DNA of 64,000 bases from Rhodobacterales bacterium (GCA_965217995.1 CBDCKB010000004.1:2123729-2187728); one strand, 5' to 3'; positions 21,236 to 31,715 are shown, numbered from the stretch's first letter. A program made the numbers and translations. The notes: generated by a model from the letters alone, not told the origin.

Positions 21236-23479
21236 ATGTCGGCCCGACCCGAAGCCGAGACCGATGCCCGGCTGGCCGCCGACCTGGGTCTCGTCGAGGC
21301 CGAATGGCTGCGCATCCTGGAACTGCTCGGGCGCCGGCCGAACCACACGGAACTCGGCATCTTCTCGGCCATGTGGAACGAGCACTGCTCGTACAAGAGC
21401 TCGCGCAAATGGCTGCGCGAACTGCCCGTGGAGGGACCGCAGGTGGTGCACGGACCGGGCGAGAACGCAGGTGTGGTCGAGATCGGGGACGGCAAGGTCG
21501 TGATCTTCAAGATCGAGAGCCACAACCATCCCTCCTATATCGAGCCCTACCAGGGGGCCGCCACCGGTGTCGGCGGCATCCTGCGGGACGTGTTCGCGAT
21601 GGGCGCGCGCCCGGTCGCCGCCCTGAACGCGCTCCGCTTCGGGGATCCGGCGCATCCCAAGACCCGGCATCTGATCGGCGGTGTGGTCGCGGGAATCGGT
21701 GGCTACGGCAACAGTTTCGGTGTGCCTACGGTCGGCGGCGAGACCGGTTTTGATCGTTCCTATGACGGCAACTGCCTGGTGAACGCCTTTGTCGCCGGAA
21801 TCGCCGAGCGTGACCACGTGTTTACGGCCAGCGCGGCCGGCACCGGACGCCCGGTGGTGTATCTCGGTGCCAAGACCGGACGCGACGGGGTCGGCGGCGC
21901 GACCATGGCCTCGGCGGGTTTCGGGGAGGAGAGCGAGGGACAGCGTCCCACCGTGCAGATCGGCGATCCCTTCGCGGAAAAACGGCTCTGCGAGGCATGC
22001 CTGGAACTGATGGCAGGGGGGGCCATCGAGTCCATCCAGGATATGGGCGCGGCCGGGCTCACCTGTGCGGCTTCCGAAATGGGCGCTGCCAGCGGTGTCG
22101 GCATCGAACTGGATCTCGATGCGGTTCCCTGCCGGGAGCCCAATATGAGCGCCTATGAGATGATGCTCTCGGAAAGCCAGGAACGGATGCTCGTCGTCCT
22201 GCGCCCGGAGAAGGAGGCGCTGGCTCGGGAAGTGTTCGCGAAATGGGACCTCGATTTCGCAACGGTCGGACGCACCGAACCGGGCAACCGGCTGCGGGTG
22301 CTGCGGGGCGGGCAGACCGCCGCCGATCTGCCCCTGTCGGCTCTCATCGACGAGGCCCCGGTCTATGACCGGCCCTGGACGGAAATCAAACCGGCCGAAG
22401 CCCCTCCCGTCGGAGCGGTGACCGGCACCGCGGAAGCGTTGCGCCGCCTGGTCGGCTCCCCTGCCCTCGCCTCCCGGCGCTGGATCTGGGAGCAGTACGA
22501 CCACATGGTGATGGCCGATACGGTGCAGCGGCCGGGCGGGGATGCGGCGGTGGTGCGGATCCACGGAACAGACCGGGCGCTGGCCTTCAGCCTCGATTCC
22601 AACCCGCATTACTGCAGCGCGGACCCGTATGAAGGCGGCAAGCAGGCGGTTGCGGAAGCCTGCAGGAACCTTTCCGCGGCAGGGGCACGACCGCTCGCGA
22701 TCACCGACTGTCTCAATTTCGGCAATCCCGAACGACCCGAGGTGATGGGACAATTCGTCGGCTGCATCCGCGGCATCGGTGATGCCTGCAGGGCACTCGG
22801 CGTACCGGTCGTCTCCGGCAATGTCTCCCTCTACAACCAGACCGGTGACACCGCCGTGCTGCCAACCCCGGTGATCGGTGCGGTCGGCCTCCTCGACCAT
22901 ATCGAGAGGATGCTTTCCCCCGCCCTTCCCGGACCGGGCTTCGTGCTCCTGCTGGTCGGTGCCTCGGACGGCCATCTGCACCAATCGCTCTATGCCCGTC
23001 TGCTCGTCGGGCGCGAGGACGGACCACCGCCGCCGGTGGACCTGGCCGCCGAGAAGGCGAACGCGGATTTCCTACGCATGCTGGCCGAAGACGGCACCGC
23101 CGCCGCCTGCCACGATCTGTCCGATGGCGGCCTTGCCCCGGCCGCCACCGAGATGGCCCTTGCCGGAAAATGCGGTGTCAGCCTTGACCCGCCCGAGGAC
23201 GGAATGCCGGCCCATGCCTGGTATTTCGGCGAGAGCCAGGCGCGATACCTCGTGGCGGTGCCGGAGGCGGCCGCAGAAACCGTTCTTGACCGGGCGCGAG
23301 AGGCGGCGGTGCCGGCCGCACGCGTCGGCCACTCCCTGGAGACGGCAACCGTCGTGCTGGACGGCGAACGGCTGGATCTCGAAGAACTGCGGGCCCTTCA
23401 CGAAAACTGGCTGCCCGACTATGTGTCGGGAGCTCCAGTGCCGGGCGGCGGGATTGCAGATGCGGACGCAAAAGACTAG
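21236..23479 (+). CDS. purL: phosphoribosylformylglycinamidine synthase subunit PurL
   Basis: 747 aa; ..[31 protein letters not shown].. Confidence 0.95.
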   Translation: MSARPEAETDARLAADLGLVEAEWLRILELLGRRPNHTELGIFSAMWNEHCSYKSSRKWLRELPVEGPQVVHGPGENAGVVEIGDGKVVIFKIESHNHPSYIEPYQGAATGVGGILRDVFAMGARPVAALNALRFGDPAHPKTRHLIGGVVAGIGGYGNSFGVPTVGGETGFDRSYDGNCLVNAFVAGIAERDHVFTASAAGTGRPVVYLGAKTGRDGVGGATMASAGFGEESEGQRPTVQIGDPFAEKRLCEACLELMAGGAIESIQDMGAAGLTCAASEMGAASGVGIELDLDAVPCREPNMSAYEMMLSESQERMLVVLRPEKEALAREVFAKWDLDFATVGRTEPGNRLRVLRGGQTAADLPLSALIDEAPVYDRPWTEIKPAEAPPVGAVTGTAEALRRLVGSPALASRRWIWEQYDHMVMADTVQRPGGDAAVVRIHGTDRALAFSLDSNPHYCSADPYEGGKQAVAEACRNLSAAGARPLAITDCLNFGNPERPEVMGQFVGCIRGIGDACRALGVPVVSGNVSLYNQTGDTAVLPTPVIGAVGLLDHIERMLSPALPGPGFVLLLVGASDGHLHQSLYARLLVGREDGPPPPVDLAAEKANADFLRMLAEDGTAAACHDLSDGGLAPAATEMALAGKCGVSLDPPEDGMPAHAWYFGESQARYLVAVPEAAAETVLDRAREAAVPAARVGHSLETATVVLDGERLDLEELRALHENWLPDYVSGAPVPGGGIADADAKD

Positions 23480-23515
23480 TTTTGTGCAGGCGGAAAACCC
23501 CGGAGAACGCATGCC

Positions 23516-23755
23516 ATGCCGATGCCGGCGGCCGAACTCAAGCAGCTGATCCGGGACGCGTTCCCGGATGCCGAGATCGAACTCCGCTCATTGGCCGCGG
23601 ATGACGATCATTATTCGGTGGCCATCGTCTCCGAGCGGTTTCGGGGGCGGAATCGGGTGCAGCAGCACCAGATGGTGTATGAAGCACTCAAGGGGCGGAT
23701 GGGCAACGAATTGCACGCGTTGGCCCTGCAGACCGCCGTGCCGGAACAGGGCTAG
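23516..23755 (+). CDS. BolA family protein
   Basis: 79 aa; ..DDDHYSVAIVSERFRG..RVQQHQMVY..LHALAL. Confidence 0.85.
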   Translation: MPMPAAELKQLIRDAFPDAEIELRSLAADDDHYSVAIVSERFRGRNRVQQHQMVYEALKGRMGNELHALALQTAVPEQG

Positions 23756-23772
23756 GAGAACAGGAGTCGACC

Positions 23773-24147
23773 ATGGAGACGACAGGACCGGCGCATGCCG
23801 AGATCCAGAAGATTGTCGACGGAAACGACGTCGTGCTCTTCATGAAGGGAACGGCGGATTTTCCGCAATGCGGGTTTTCCAGCCGGATCGCATCGATTCT
23901 TCGCTACCTGGCAGTGGATTTCCGGGATGTGAATGTCCTGGAGGGAGACGAATTGCGGCAGGGAATCAAGGATTTCACCAACTGGCCGACGGTTCCGCAG
24001 CTCTATATCAAGGGCGAATTTGTCGGCGGGTGCGACATCATCACCGAGATGACCATGTCCGGAGAGATCGACACGATGCTGGCAGACAAGGGTGTTACCT
24101 TCGATCCGGCAGCCGCAGAGAAAATCCGGCAATCCAACGCCGCCTGA
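23773..24147 (+). CDS. grxD: Grx4-family monothiol glutaredoxin
   Basis: CGFS active site; ..WPTVPQLYIKGEFVGGCDI.. Confidence 0.9.
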   Translation: METTGPAHAEIQKIVDGNDVVLFMKGTADFPQCGFSSRIASILRYLAVDFRDVNVLEGDELRQGIKDFTNWPTVPQLYIKGEFVGGCDIITEMTMSGEIDTMLADKGVTFDPAAAEKIRQSNAA

Positions 24148-24164
24148 AGCGTGTGCCTTCCTGC

Positions 24165-24238
24165 TGGGGGATAGTTTAACGGCAGAACTGCGGACTCTGA
24201 CTCCGTCGGTCCAGGTTCGAATCCTGGTCCCCCAGCCA
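24165..24238 (+). tRNA. tRNA-Gln (anticodon CUG)
   Basis: Manual cloverleaf: acceptor TGGGGGA/TCCCCCA, D stem GTT/AAC, anticodon stem GCGGA/TCCGT, loop CT-CTG-AC, T arm CCAGG-TTCGAAT-CCTGG, encoded CCA; 74 nt. Confidence 0.9.
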
Positions 24239-24330
24239 AATTTCGTTTTGATGATGCAGGCCCCCGCAAGCCACCACATTGATGTGCTGACCCCATTCCT
24301 CCGCTGGATCAGTCCTCGATCGGTCGTGCT

Positions 24331-25368
24331 TTATCTGTCATCGCCTGGGCTTGCAAAATCAGAATCCGGATCGCTTGAATCGCCTTCCCCACCCGGATTC
24401 CAATCAGCTGGATCAAGTTCCCGGACACGATTGGAAAAAACCCGATGCATGGAGTTAAGTTTTTCTGCCAGCCATTTGTGCTGTTCCGCCCAGCTTTCCT
24501 TGTTATCGAGATCAACCGTATCGGGATTGTAGGATACGATCTGACTGTCCTTTCCCTCCGGAAGCTCCTCCCATGCCAATGAATAACCAAGATCGTTTTC
24601 GATCTCGTCCTTCTGCTTATGCAGAAGATGAAAGAAACTCTTTGCATCAGTTCCGGTTATGTAGAGAACAACTCGAATCTGCTTCCGGTTTCGGTTAACC
24701 AGCGTTCGAAGATAGAAGCCCATGCGGCCAACAGGGAAAGTCATCAATGAATATGCTATCGGCGTTCGATCTCTATTAAACGACCCCTCATATTTCTTAA
24801 GCACCTGCAAAAAGGCTGCCCAGTATTCTTTATGTTTCTGACGATTTTCAGAAATTTCCTCCTGCTGCACGGAGCGAGAGATCTCTCGCGACCAGTTGTT
24901 CGGCTTCACGACAATGTTGAATTTCGGTGCTGGAAGTGAATTTCCGACCTTCCACAGCTGAATCTCCAAGCCAAAAAATCGAACATTCTCATGAGTATTT
25001 TTATTCATCCACTCGAGCGCAGCACGATGTTCATCAAGAAACTCTTTGGTAATCCAGATAGCTGTCATCGCTTCCAGCCCGGCAATATAGGTCAAAAATT
25101 TTCCAAGATGGGCATGATCCGTCCGATAAAGCTGGTTTTCGATAAGCACCCGGGCGTTTGTGTTTGTGTCCGTGCACACGATATCCGCAGAAAACAATCC
25201 CACGTCCATCTCCCGTGCTTCCAGCTCCAATGTCATTCCCAGTGTATCCCCAAGTATTTGTAGGTTTCCTTCATTATGCGCTAGCCACGAGGTGAAATCA
25301 GCGGCCTCATGTTTCCAACCCTCACTCAGGTCAATTTGTACAAGTCGCTCAAAATTTTGATCTGCCAT
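24331..25368 (-). CDS. nuclease-like N-terminal domain + DUF4268-type C-terminal domain protein (copy A)
   Basis: 345 aa; ..FSADIVC..VLIENQLYRTDHAHLGKFLTY..; C-terminal ..YWAAF..LAWEE..WAEQHKWLAEKL..; AT-richer than the flanks. Confidence 0.75.
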   Translation of the reverse strand: MADQNFERLVQIDLSEGWKHEAADFTSWLAHNEGNLQILGDTLGMTLELEAREMDVGLFSADIVCTDTNTNARVLIENQLYRTDHAHLGKFLTYIAGLEAMTAIWITKEFLDEHRAALEWMNKNTHENVRFFGLEIQLWKVGNSLPAPKFNIVVKPNNWSREISRSVQQEEISENRQKHKEYWAAFLQVLKKYEGSFNRDRTPIAYSLMTFPVGRMGFYLRTLVNRNRKQIRVVLYITGTDAKSFFHLLHKQKDEIENDLGYSLAWEELPEGKDSQIVSYNPDTVDLDNKESWAEQHKWLAEKLNSMHRVFSNRVRELDPADWNPGGEGDSSDPDSDFASPGDDR

Positions 25369-25542
25369 TTTGTCGTGTCCTTATCTTGCTTTCTATCTAG
25401 TATTTGCAGCATGTTTTACCGTTGCAATCACCACGAGTGATTCACGTCATACAACAATTACTGGAACATTAAACATCCTGTCAGCTATCACCATTTGAAA
25501 TTCGCGTTAATCACGTTAAGTAAAATGGTGCACCGAAACCAA

Positions 25543-26574
25543 CTAACTTGAAGTGATATCTTTTAAATCGTTAACACGTTTTATAAAGTCCGGGTCGTTG
25601 ACACGCGCTGCAAAAACTGTGTGCATGGCGCTAAGATGCTTCGCCAACCACTCGTGTTGTTCCGGCCAGCTCGCTCGATCTAAAAAATCAACATCATTCC
25701 GATAGAGCGAAATGGTTTCGGTCGAGCGTCTTGAGGCGGCATCCCATTCTAGTAACCCTCCCAATTCAAGTTCCAGCAATCTTCCCAATTCACGTTCGAT
25801 TTCCTCCTTTTCTCCGTGCAATAAAACCCACCAAAGCAAAGAATTCTTGCCTTGGGTATAAAGACTGCAGCGAAGCTTTTTTCTTGCACTCAATATTGAT
25901 GCCCTAAGGCTGATGTCAGAGCGTCCAATTCGGTATGTCATTGTCGCTTCAGATCTAGCCGAACGACTCATCAATTGTCCCTTTTGTGTATCAAGAAATT
26001 TGTTGAAATCTGTCCAGTAACTTAACTGCAGAAATTTATTCTTGGTAAGCGCTTCGTTACCCAAAATGCGTCCTGCATGTGTACCCAAGCGTGACCATTC
26101 ATTTGGCTTGGAGACGATGTTGAAATTTGGAGCCACGAGCGAACCGCCGATTTGCCATAGCTCAATTTCTAATCCAAAAAAACGTATGCTTTGGTCGGTT
26201 TTTGTGTTCCACCAATCGAGGGCCGCCTGGTGCTGCTCGTGAAACTGAGCGGCGATCCAGATGATCGTGGCAGCTTCCAAGCCGGAAGCATAGGTAAGGA
26301 GCTGCCCCAAATGGGTGTGGTCCGTTGTTTCCAGCTGGTTTTCGATGAGTACCATGTCTTGCTGCTCGCTGTACTCGTCCCTACACACAATGTCTGCCCG
26401 AAACGGTCCAACGGATTTTTCCGTTGCCACCAGTTTCAGCTGCATTCCCAATGCGTTCGAAAGGAGTTCCAAATTTTCTTCCTGCGCCAACCACGGAGTG
26501 AAGTCTCTTTCCTCGTCTTTCCAGTACTCGCGTACTTCAACTTTTGCAATCCGCCCAAGAGATCTATCTATCAC
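25543..26574 (-). CDS. nuclease-like N-terminal domain + DUF4268-type C-terminal domain protein (copy B, paralog)
   Basis: 343 aa; ..FRADIVC..VLIENQLETTDHTHLGQLLTY..; collinear with copy A along its full length. Confidence 0.75.
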   Translation of the reverse strand: MIDRSLGRIAKVEVREYWKDEERDFTPWLAQEENLELLSNALGMQLKLVATEKSVGPFRADIVCRDEYSEQQDMVLIENQLETTDHTHLGQLLTYASGLEAATIIWIAAQFHEQHQAALDWWNTKTDQSIRFFGLEIELWQIGGSLVAPNFNIVSKPNEWSRLGTHAGRILGNEALTKNKFLQLSYWTDFNKFLDTQKGQLMSRSARSEATMTYRIGRSDISLRASILSARKKLRCSLYTQGKNSLLWWVLLHGEKEEIERELGRLLELELGGLLEWDAASRRSTETISLYRNDVDFLDRASWPEQHEWLAKHLSAMHTVFAARVNDPDFIKRVNDLKDITSS

Positions 26575-26938
26575 TTTGTTGACTCCTCGGCTTGTTTTCT
26601 ACTCCGCAATTGGAAGTAAATTTCCCTGCAGGTTCTACAACATCAAAAACCTAAAGCGCAAAGCTCTCGATTCAGGCTTCTACGCCCAATATCCACCCCT
26701 CCGCCTGTGCGACGGCTGGTAGCAGACCGACCCCTACCGGCACTAGCAGGCCGTTCAGCGATTCTACCCCCTACACCGTCGACCATCCTTGATTGTTGCC
26801 CTTAATTGGGTATTTGTCAAACCAAGACTTCGTTTTCCTTCAAGTTAAACACCAAAGCCACCTAGTCCCGCATGTTCTTCCGTGACCCAACCTTCTTTAT
26901 GTCAGAGCAGGTGTACTCCCGGCGACCCCGCCGAACCA

Positions 26939-27220
26939 TCACCGCCGGGAGGCTCTCCGCCGCGACGGGCGTGTTCTTTGTCCCTCGACCAGACCTTCGC
27001 GCAGCACCGCCTTCATGGGATGGGCATCATCCATGTCTGCATGCTCGACAAGCATTGCCTCGATCGCCTCACGCATATCGGTCGTATCCGGCAGGCCCAG
27101 AACCCAATCGAGGAAAATGGTCCGGCAGTCCTCCACCCCGATTCCTTCTATCCGGAAAGAATCGCGGATCAGGCCACGCGGGTCGTGTGGTGCGTCATGC
27201 GGAATTGCCGGCTGCGACAC
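26939..27220 (-). CDS. small hypothetical protein downstream of yebC
   Basis: 93-aa ORF with GC-rich codon usage; 5-nt gap after the yebC stop. Function unknown. Confidence 0.45.
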   Translation of the reverse strand: MSQPAIPHDAPHDPRGLIRDSFRIEGIGVEDCRTIFLDWVLGLPDTTDMREAIEAMLVEHADMDDAHPMKAVLREGLVEGQRTRPSRRRASRR

Positions 27221-27225
27221 GTCGC

Positions 27226-27975
27226 TCAGGCCACCGACCGGGCGAAAACTTCGTCGGTCATTTCAAAATTCGTATAGACCGCCTGGACATCATCATCCTC
27301 GTTGAGAGATTCGAAGAGAACGGCCGCTTTTTCGGCATCGGCTCCCTCTACGGGGATTCCGTCGCGGGGCCACCAGATCAGCCGCGCCCGCTCCGGCGCA
27401 GCTCCGAGGCGTTCCTCAAGCACCCGGGCGGCCTCCCCCAGATTCCCGCGGCTGCAGAAAATCCGATGCCCGTCGGCATCGGAAGCCACATCCTCCGCAC
27501 CCGCCTCGATCGCGGCCTCAAGAACCGCTTCCGCTTTCGCCGTCGCCGGCGGAAACACAATTTCGCCCAGCCGGTCAAACATAAAGGTCACCGCCCCGCC
27601 CTCCGCGAGAGTGCCGCCGCCCTTGCTGAACCGAGCCCGGATGCTGGCCGCCGTGCGGTTGCGGTTGTCGGTGAGCGCCTCCACCACAAACCCAACCCCG
27701 CCGGGGCCGTATCCCTCGTAGAGCACCTCCTGGTAATCGGCCGCATCCCCGCCTTCGGCCTTGCCGACCGCGCGCTGGATGTTGTCCTTGGGCATGTTCT
27801 GCCCGCGCGCTTCCTGGATGGCGAGACGCAACCGGGGATTGCCGTCGGGGTCGGCACCGCCGAGTCGTGCGGCAACGGTGATCTCCCGCGACAGGCGCGA
27901 GAAGATCCGGCCGCGCTTCCGGTCCTGCGCGCCCTTGCGGTGCATGATGTTCTTGAATTGCGAGTGGCCCGCCAA
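27226..27975 (-). CDS. YebC/PmpR family DNA-binding transcriptional regulator (TTG start before AGHSQFKNI)
   Basis: ..AGHSQFKNIMHRKGAQDRKRG..NPRLR..MPKDNIQRA..; 249 aa from the TTG at 27975. Confidence 0.9.
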   Translation of the reverse strand: MAGHSQFKNIMHRKGAQDRKRGRIFSRLSREITVAARLGGADPDGNPRLRLAIQEARGQNMPKDNIQRAVGKAEGGDAADYQEVLYEGYGPGGVGFVVEALTDNRNRTAASIRARFSKGGGTLAEGGAVTFMFDRLGEIVFPPATAKAEAVLEAAIEAGAEDVASDADGHRIFCSRGNLGEAARVLEERLGAAPERARLIWWPRDGIPVEGADAEKAAVLFESLNEDDDVQAVYTNFEMTDEVFARSVA

Positions 27976-28116
27976 ATCAGCCTCCCGGCCCGGGATCGCC
28001 CCGATACGCGCCTGTATGCCCCACAAATCCGGGGCTACCAAGCGTAGCGATCACCGCCCCACGGGACAAGAAGCGAGGACATCCACCCGAGGGGTCCGGA
28101 CCGCGAGCCCCCTCCC

Positions 28117-28938
28117 TCACCGGCACGGCATCACCTCCGGCAGCACACCACCGACGCGCACGGCATCGACCGATACGGCCAGTCCCGTCCGGTCATCGGT
28201 CTCGACACAAACCGCGGAAAGCATCGGATCCTCCGTTTCCGGCTCGAACCGGCCGCTCCGCATGCCCGTGACGAAGCGTGCGAGAGGTTCGTCCTTCCGC
28301 ATGCCGATGACCGAATCGTAGCTGCCGCACATGCCGATATCGGTTGCATAGGCGGTGCCGCCGGGAAGGATCCGGAAGTCGGCGGTCGGCACATGGGTGT
28401 GGGTGCCCGCCACCAGGCTGGCCCGCCCGTCGCACCAATGCCCCATGGCCATCTTTTCCGAGGTCGCCTCGGCATGGAAATCCAGCAGAACCGCGCCGGC
28501 CTGCCGGCCGAGCTCCGCCCGTTCGAGTTCGGCCCCCACCATCTCGAACGGATCCGCATAGAGACCGGATAAAAACACCCGCCCCAGCGCATTGAGGACA
28601 TGCACGATGCGCCCGTCCCCCGTCTCGTAGCTTCGCGCCCCCGCACCCGGCGCGCCCGGGGCGATGTTGAGCGGACGCAGAAGCCGCGGCTCCTGCTCCA
28701 GAAATGCCAACACCGACGGCTCGTCGAAGGCATGATCGCCGAGGGTGATCACATCGGCGCCCGCCTCGAACAGTTCTTCGGCGATCCCCGGCGTGATGCC
28801 CCGACCATGGGCGGCGTTCTCGCCGTTGACCACCACAAAATCCAGCCGTAGCCGCTTGCGAAGCCCGGGAAGACGGTCCCGCACGATCCTGCGTCCGCCC
28901 TTGCCCATCACATCGCCGACCATCAGGAGCTGCATCAC
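28117..28938 (-). CDS. YmdB-like metallophosphoesterase (TIGR00282 family)
   Basis: ..MVGDVMGKGGR..VVVNGENAAHGRGI..LGDH.. Confidence 0.8.
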   Translation of the reverse strand: MMQLLMVGDVMGKGGRRIVRDRLPGLRKRLRLDFVVVNGENAAHGRGITPGIAEELFEAGADVITLGDHAFDEPSVLAFLEQEPRLLRPLNIAPGAPGAGARSYETGDGRIVHVLNALGRVFLSGLYADPFEMVGAELERAELGRQAGAVLLDFHAEATSEKMAMGHWCDGRASLVAGTHTHVPTADFRILPGGTAYATDIGMCGSYDSVIGMRKDEPLARFVTGMRSGRFEPETEDPMLSAVCVETDDRTGLAVSVDAVRVGGVLPEVMPCR

Positions 28939-29513
28939 CGCCTCCAGCGAAGGGTTTCTGCCTCGGTCACCACCGCATCCAGCAGCACGTCATGCCTGTC
29001 CCGCGGCACCTCCGCAATCTCCTGCGCAGCATAGGCAAACCCCACGGCCATGCGCAGTCTCCCCGCGGCCCGCAGGTTCTGCAGCGTACGGTCATAGAAA
29101 CCTCCGCCATAACCGAGACGCGCCCCGGACCGGTCCCATGCGAGAAGGGGAACAATCACCAGGGTCGGATCCCGGAACACCTCCGTGACCGGAACCCGGA
29201 CATCGAACGCTCCTGGCTGCAGTTCCGCCCCCGGCCGCCAGGCCAGAAACACCAGCGGGGCCCCCTTCCCCTCGACCCGCGGCACGCAGGTTTCGGCCCC
29301 GGCCCGGATCGCCCGTTCCAGCGCCGGAACCGGATCCAGTTCGGTGCGGACCGGCAGATAACCGGCCACGACATCGCCCGCGCCGGGGGCCAGGAGTTCG
29401 ACAAGCCTCGCACAGGCCGCCTGCGCCGCCTCCGGGCCGTCCCGGGCCGCCGCCTCGCGCCGCCCGGCGGCATCCGCCCGCTCGGCGCGCTTGCGCTCGG
29501 TCAGAGAATCCAT
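28935..29513 (-). CDS. 5-formyltetrahydrofolate cyclo-ligase
   Basis: ..ERKRAERA..VPLLAWDRSGARLGYGGGFYDRTL.. Confidence 0.85.
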   Translation of the reverse strand: MDSLTERKRAERADAAGRREAAARDGPEAAQAACARLVELLAPGAGDVVAGYLPVRTELDPVPALERAIRAGAETCVPRVEGKGAPLVFLAWRPGAELQPGAFDVRVPVTEVFRDPTLVIVPLLAWDRSGARLGYGGGFYDRTLQNLRAAGRLRMAVGFAYAAQEIAEVPRDRHDVLLDAVVTEAETLRWRR

Positions 29514-29622
29514 ACGGGGCTGTCCGCCATCGGGGGGATCATTGCACGGCCCTTCCGCGGCCCTCTCCCCGAAGCACCGGCCGCGCGTCCGGAATCCAGA
29601 GATTCAAAGCGGAGAGGAACGG

Positions 29623-29937
29623 TCAGCGTTCAAGACGTGTGACCAGATCCTGGATGCGACGCGATGCATCGAACATCGTTTCCGCAGCTTCGGCCGCCGC
29701 CTCCTGCTCGAGGGTCCGCTCGGATTCCACCTCTTCGAGCGCCTGGATCGCGGAGAGAAGAAGTAGCAGTTTCTCCGGCACATGCCCGAGCTCTTCCACC
29801 AGCATGACCGCACTGCGATCCAGGGCGGAAGCATGGTTGCGTACCGTTTCCTCCGAGCCTGCATCCGTGGAAATGACATAGCGACGCTTGTGGATACACA
29901 CTTCGATATCGTGCATTCCGCCAGACAGATCAGTCAT
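29623..29937 (-). CDS. zapA: cell division protein ZapA-like
   Basis: 104 aa; ..IEVCIHKRRYVISTDAGSEE..; position upstream of the cyclo-ligase matches the usual zapA synteny. Confidence 0.7.
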   Translation of the reverse strand: MTDLSGGMHDIEVCIHKRRYVISTDAGSEETVRNHASALDRSAVMLVEELGHVPEKLLLLLSAIQALEEVESERTLEQEAAAEAAETMFDASRRIQDLVTRLER

Positions 29938-30199
29938 TGCTGATTTTCCGGAGGATCCGTATCACCTGGTCCAGATTGCGGGCGGCATGCCGACGGATCC
30001 GCCGCTCTTCCCCCAGCTCCGCCCGCAGTTCGAGGATGGTTCTGTTCTGTGCCTGGCTGCTCTCGGTATCCCGATCAAGCCGCCCGATCACCGAGGATTC
30101 CAGCCCCCGCAGTGAATCGTCCAGAGCGGCAACCGCGTCGCGCAGCAATGCGCCCGGATCCTCCTCCTCCTCTTCGATCCTGTGCGCAACACCGGCCAT
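29930..30199 (-). CDS. DUF4164-like coiled-coil protein
   Basis: 89-aa charged helical ORF overlapping the zapA start by 8 nt. Confidence 0.5.
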   Translation of the reverse strand: MAGVAHRIEEEEEDPGALLRDAVAALDDSLRGLESSVIGRLDRDTESSQAQNRTILELRAELGEERRIRRHAARNLDQVIRILRKISND

Positions 30200-30277
30200 C
30201 GCATCCCACCATCCCTTTCCGGGGGTATCCCCCTATATCCCGATTCCCCGCCCGCCCGGCATGGGCCGGCCGGACCG

Positions 30278-30835
30278 TCACTCCGCAAGAATTTCGCGAT
30301 GGAGATCGGCCAGCCTGTGCCAGGGTTTCTCATCCCAATATCCGCGCGCCCGGCCGGAGGTCGAGGGGAGCACAAACAGTTCGGTGCCGTCCAGCCGATA
30401 CTCCGACTGCAACCCGTAATCCAGCACGTTCACGCCAAACCGCTTTTTCAGGAAAGCCTTCGCCGGCGTTTTCGCCGTGAAGGCAAGAATCCGGGGGCGA
30501 TATTTCTTGATCTTCGCGCTCAGGGCATCGACGTTGTAATGGTCGCGCGAAACTTCCTCATCACTGCCGAACTGGGTCTTGTTGAGATCGGTCAACCCGA
30601 TGCGCAAGGCGGCGAGTTCGGGGTATTGACCCGGGTCGAATTTCCGCGGCGTCAGGCCGATCTCCGCGAGAATTCCCCAGAATCGATTTCTTTCATGGGC
30701 GTAATACGCTCGTTGTTCCGCCGAGCGACGGCTGGCCGCGTTGCCGCAGAACACCGTCACCATGCCGGGTTCCAGGACATCCGGAAGAACATTTCCCGCC
30801 GATCCGCGGCCCGGTCGATTCGCAACTCTCGCCAT
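30278..30835 (-). CDS. uracil-DNA glycosylase superfamily protein (Mug/HDG-like), copy A
   Basis: ..VTVFCGNAAS..YYAHERNRFW..GLTDL..LPSTSGRA.. Confidence 0.65.
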   Translation of the reverse strand: MARVANRPGRGSAGNVLPDVLEPGMVTVFCGNAASRRSAEQRAYYAHERNRFWGILAEIGLTPRKFDPGQYPELAALRIGLTDLNKTQFGSDEEVSRDHYNVDALSAKIKKYRPRILAFTAKTPAKAFLKKRFGVNVLDYGLQSEYRLDGTELFVLPSTSGRARGYWDEKPWHRLADLHREILAE

Positions 30836-31095
30836 GCCTCAAGCCTCCCCGTTTCTGTCCGACCCGGCGCCCTGCCGGCTTATCGGTCGCCACCCTCCTT
30901 GAGGATGGTGTCGACCACGATCTTCGTTCGGTTGTCCTCACTATGCGGTCGACGCGTCGCGCAGCAATGCGCCCGAAGCCGAATCCTCCTCTGCGATCCT
31001 GTGCGCAACACCGGCCATCGCATCCCGCCATCCCTTTCCGGAAGCATCTCCTATATACCGATTCCCCGCCTGCCCGGCACGGCCCGGCCGGACCG

Positions 31096-31671
31096 TCACT
31101 CCGCAAGAATTTTGTGATGGAGAGCAGCCAGCTCGCGCCAGGGCGCCTCATCCCAATATTTGGGCTCCAGCTGGTCGGAGGTCGAGGGGAGCACAAACAC
31201 TTCGGTATCGCCCAGCCGACACTTCAACTGCATCCCGTAATCCTTCACGTTCCCCTTAAACGGCTCTTTCGGGAAAACCTTTTTCAGGAAAACCCTCGCC
31301 GACTTTTTCCCATTGAAGGCCAGAATCCGGGGGCGATATTTCTCGATCTTGCGGCACAGGGCACCGACATTGTAATGGCTGGGCGAAAGATTCCGATCAC
31401 TGCCAAACTGGGTCTTGTTGAGATCGGTCAGCCCGATGCGCAATTTAGCGAGTTTGGTGTATTCCTTCGGCTTGAATTTCCGCGGCGTCAGGCAGATCTC
31501 CGCGAGAATTCCCCAAAACAGATTGCTTTCATCGGCGTAATACTTCCCTTGTTTCGCCGAGCAGTTGCCGGCTGCGCTGCCGCAGAACACCGTCACCACG
31601 CCGGGTTTCAGGAGATCCGGAAGAACATCCCCCGTCGGTCCCTTGCCCGGTCGATTCGCAACCCCCGCCAT
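31096..31671 (-). CDS. uracil-DNA glycosylase superfamily protein, copy B (more diverged, AT-richer)
   Basis: ..VTVFCGSAAG..YYADESNLFW..GLTDL..LPSTSDQL.. Confidence 0.6.
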   Translation of the reverse strand: MAGVANRPGKGPTGDVLPDLLKPGVVTVFCGSAAGNCSAKQGKYYADESNLFWGILAEICLTPRKFKPKEYTKLAKLRIGLTDLNKTQFGSDRNLSPSHYNVGALCRKIEKYRPRILAFNGKKSARVFLKKVFPKEPFKGNVKDYGMQLKCRLGDTEVFVLPSTSDQLEPKYWDEAPWRELAALHHKILAE

Positions 31672-31715
31672 GCCTCAAGTCTCCCTGTTTCTGTCCGACC
31701 CGGCACCCTGCCGGC

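Noticed and set aside
24239-26938. An integrase gene or an att-type direct repeat of the tRNA-Gln 3' end delimiting the islet.
   Set aside because: There is no tyrosine or serine recombinase-like ORF. I found no copy of the tRNA 3' segment (ggttcgaatcctggtccccca) at the distal boundary. The islet cannot therefore be called a classical integrative element.
29514-29622. 6S RNA (ssrS), which is expected by synteny between zapA and the 5-formyl-THF cyclo-ligase gene.
   Set aside because: The gap is only ~109 nt, shorter than a typical 6S RNA. I could find only a local hairpin (cctctcc...ggagagg) and no convincing closing stem or central bubble. It needs a covariance-model (Rfam RF00013) scan of ~29350-29700 on the minus strand to decide.
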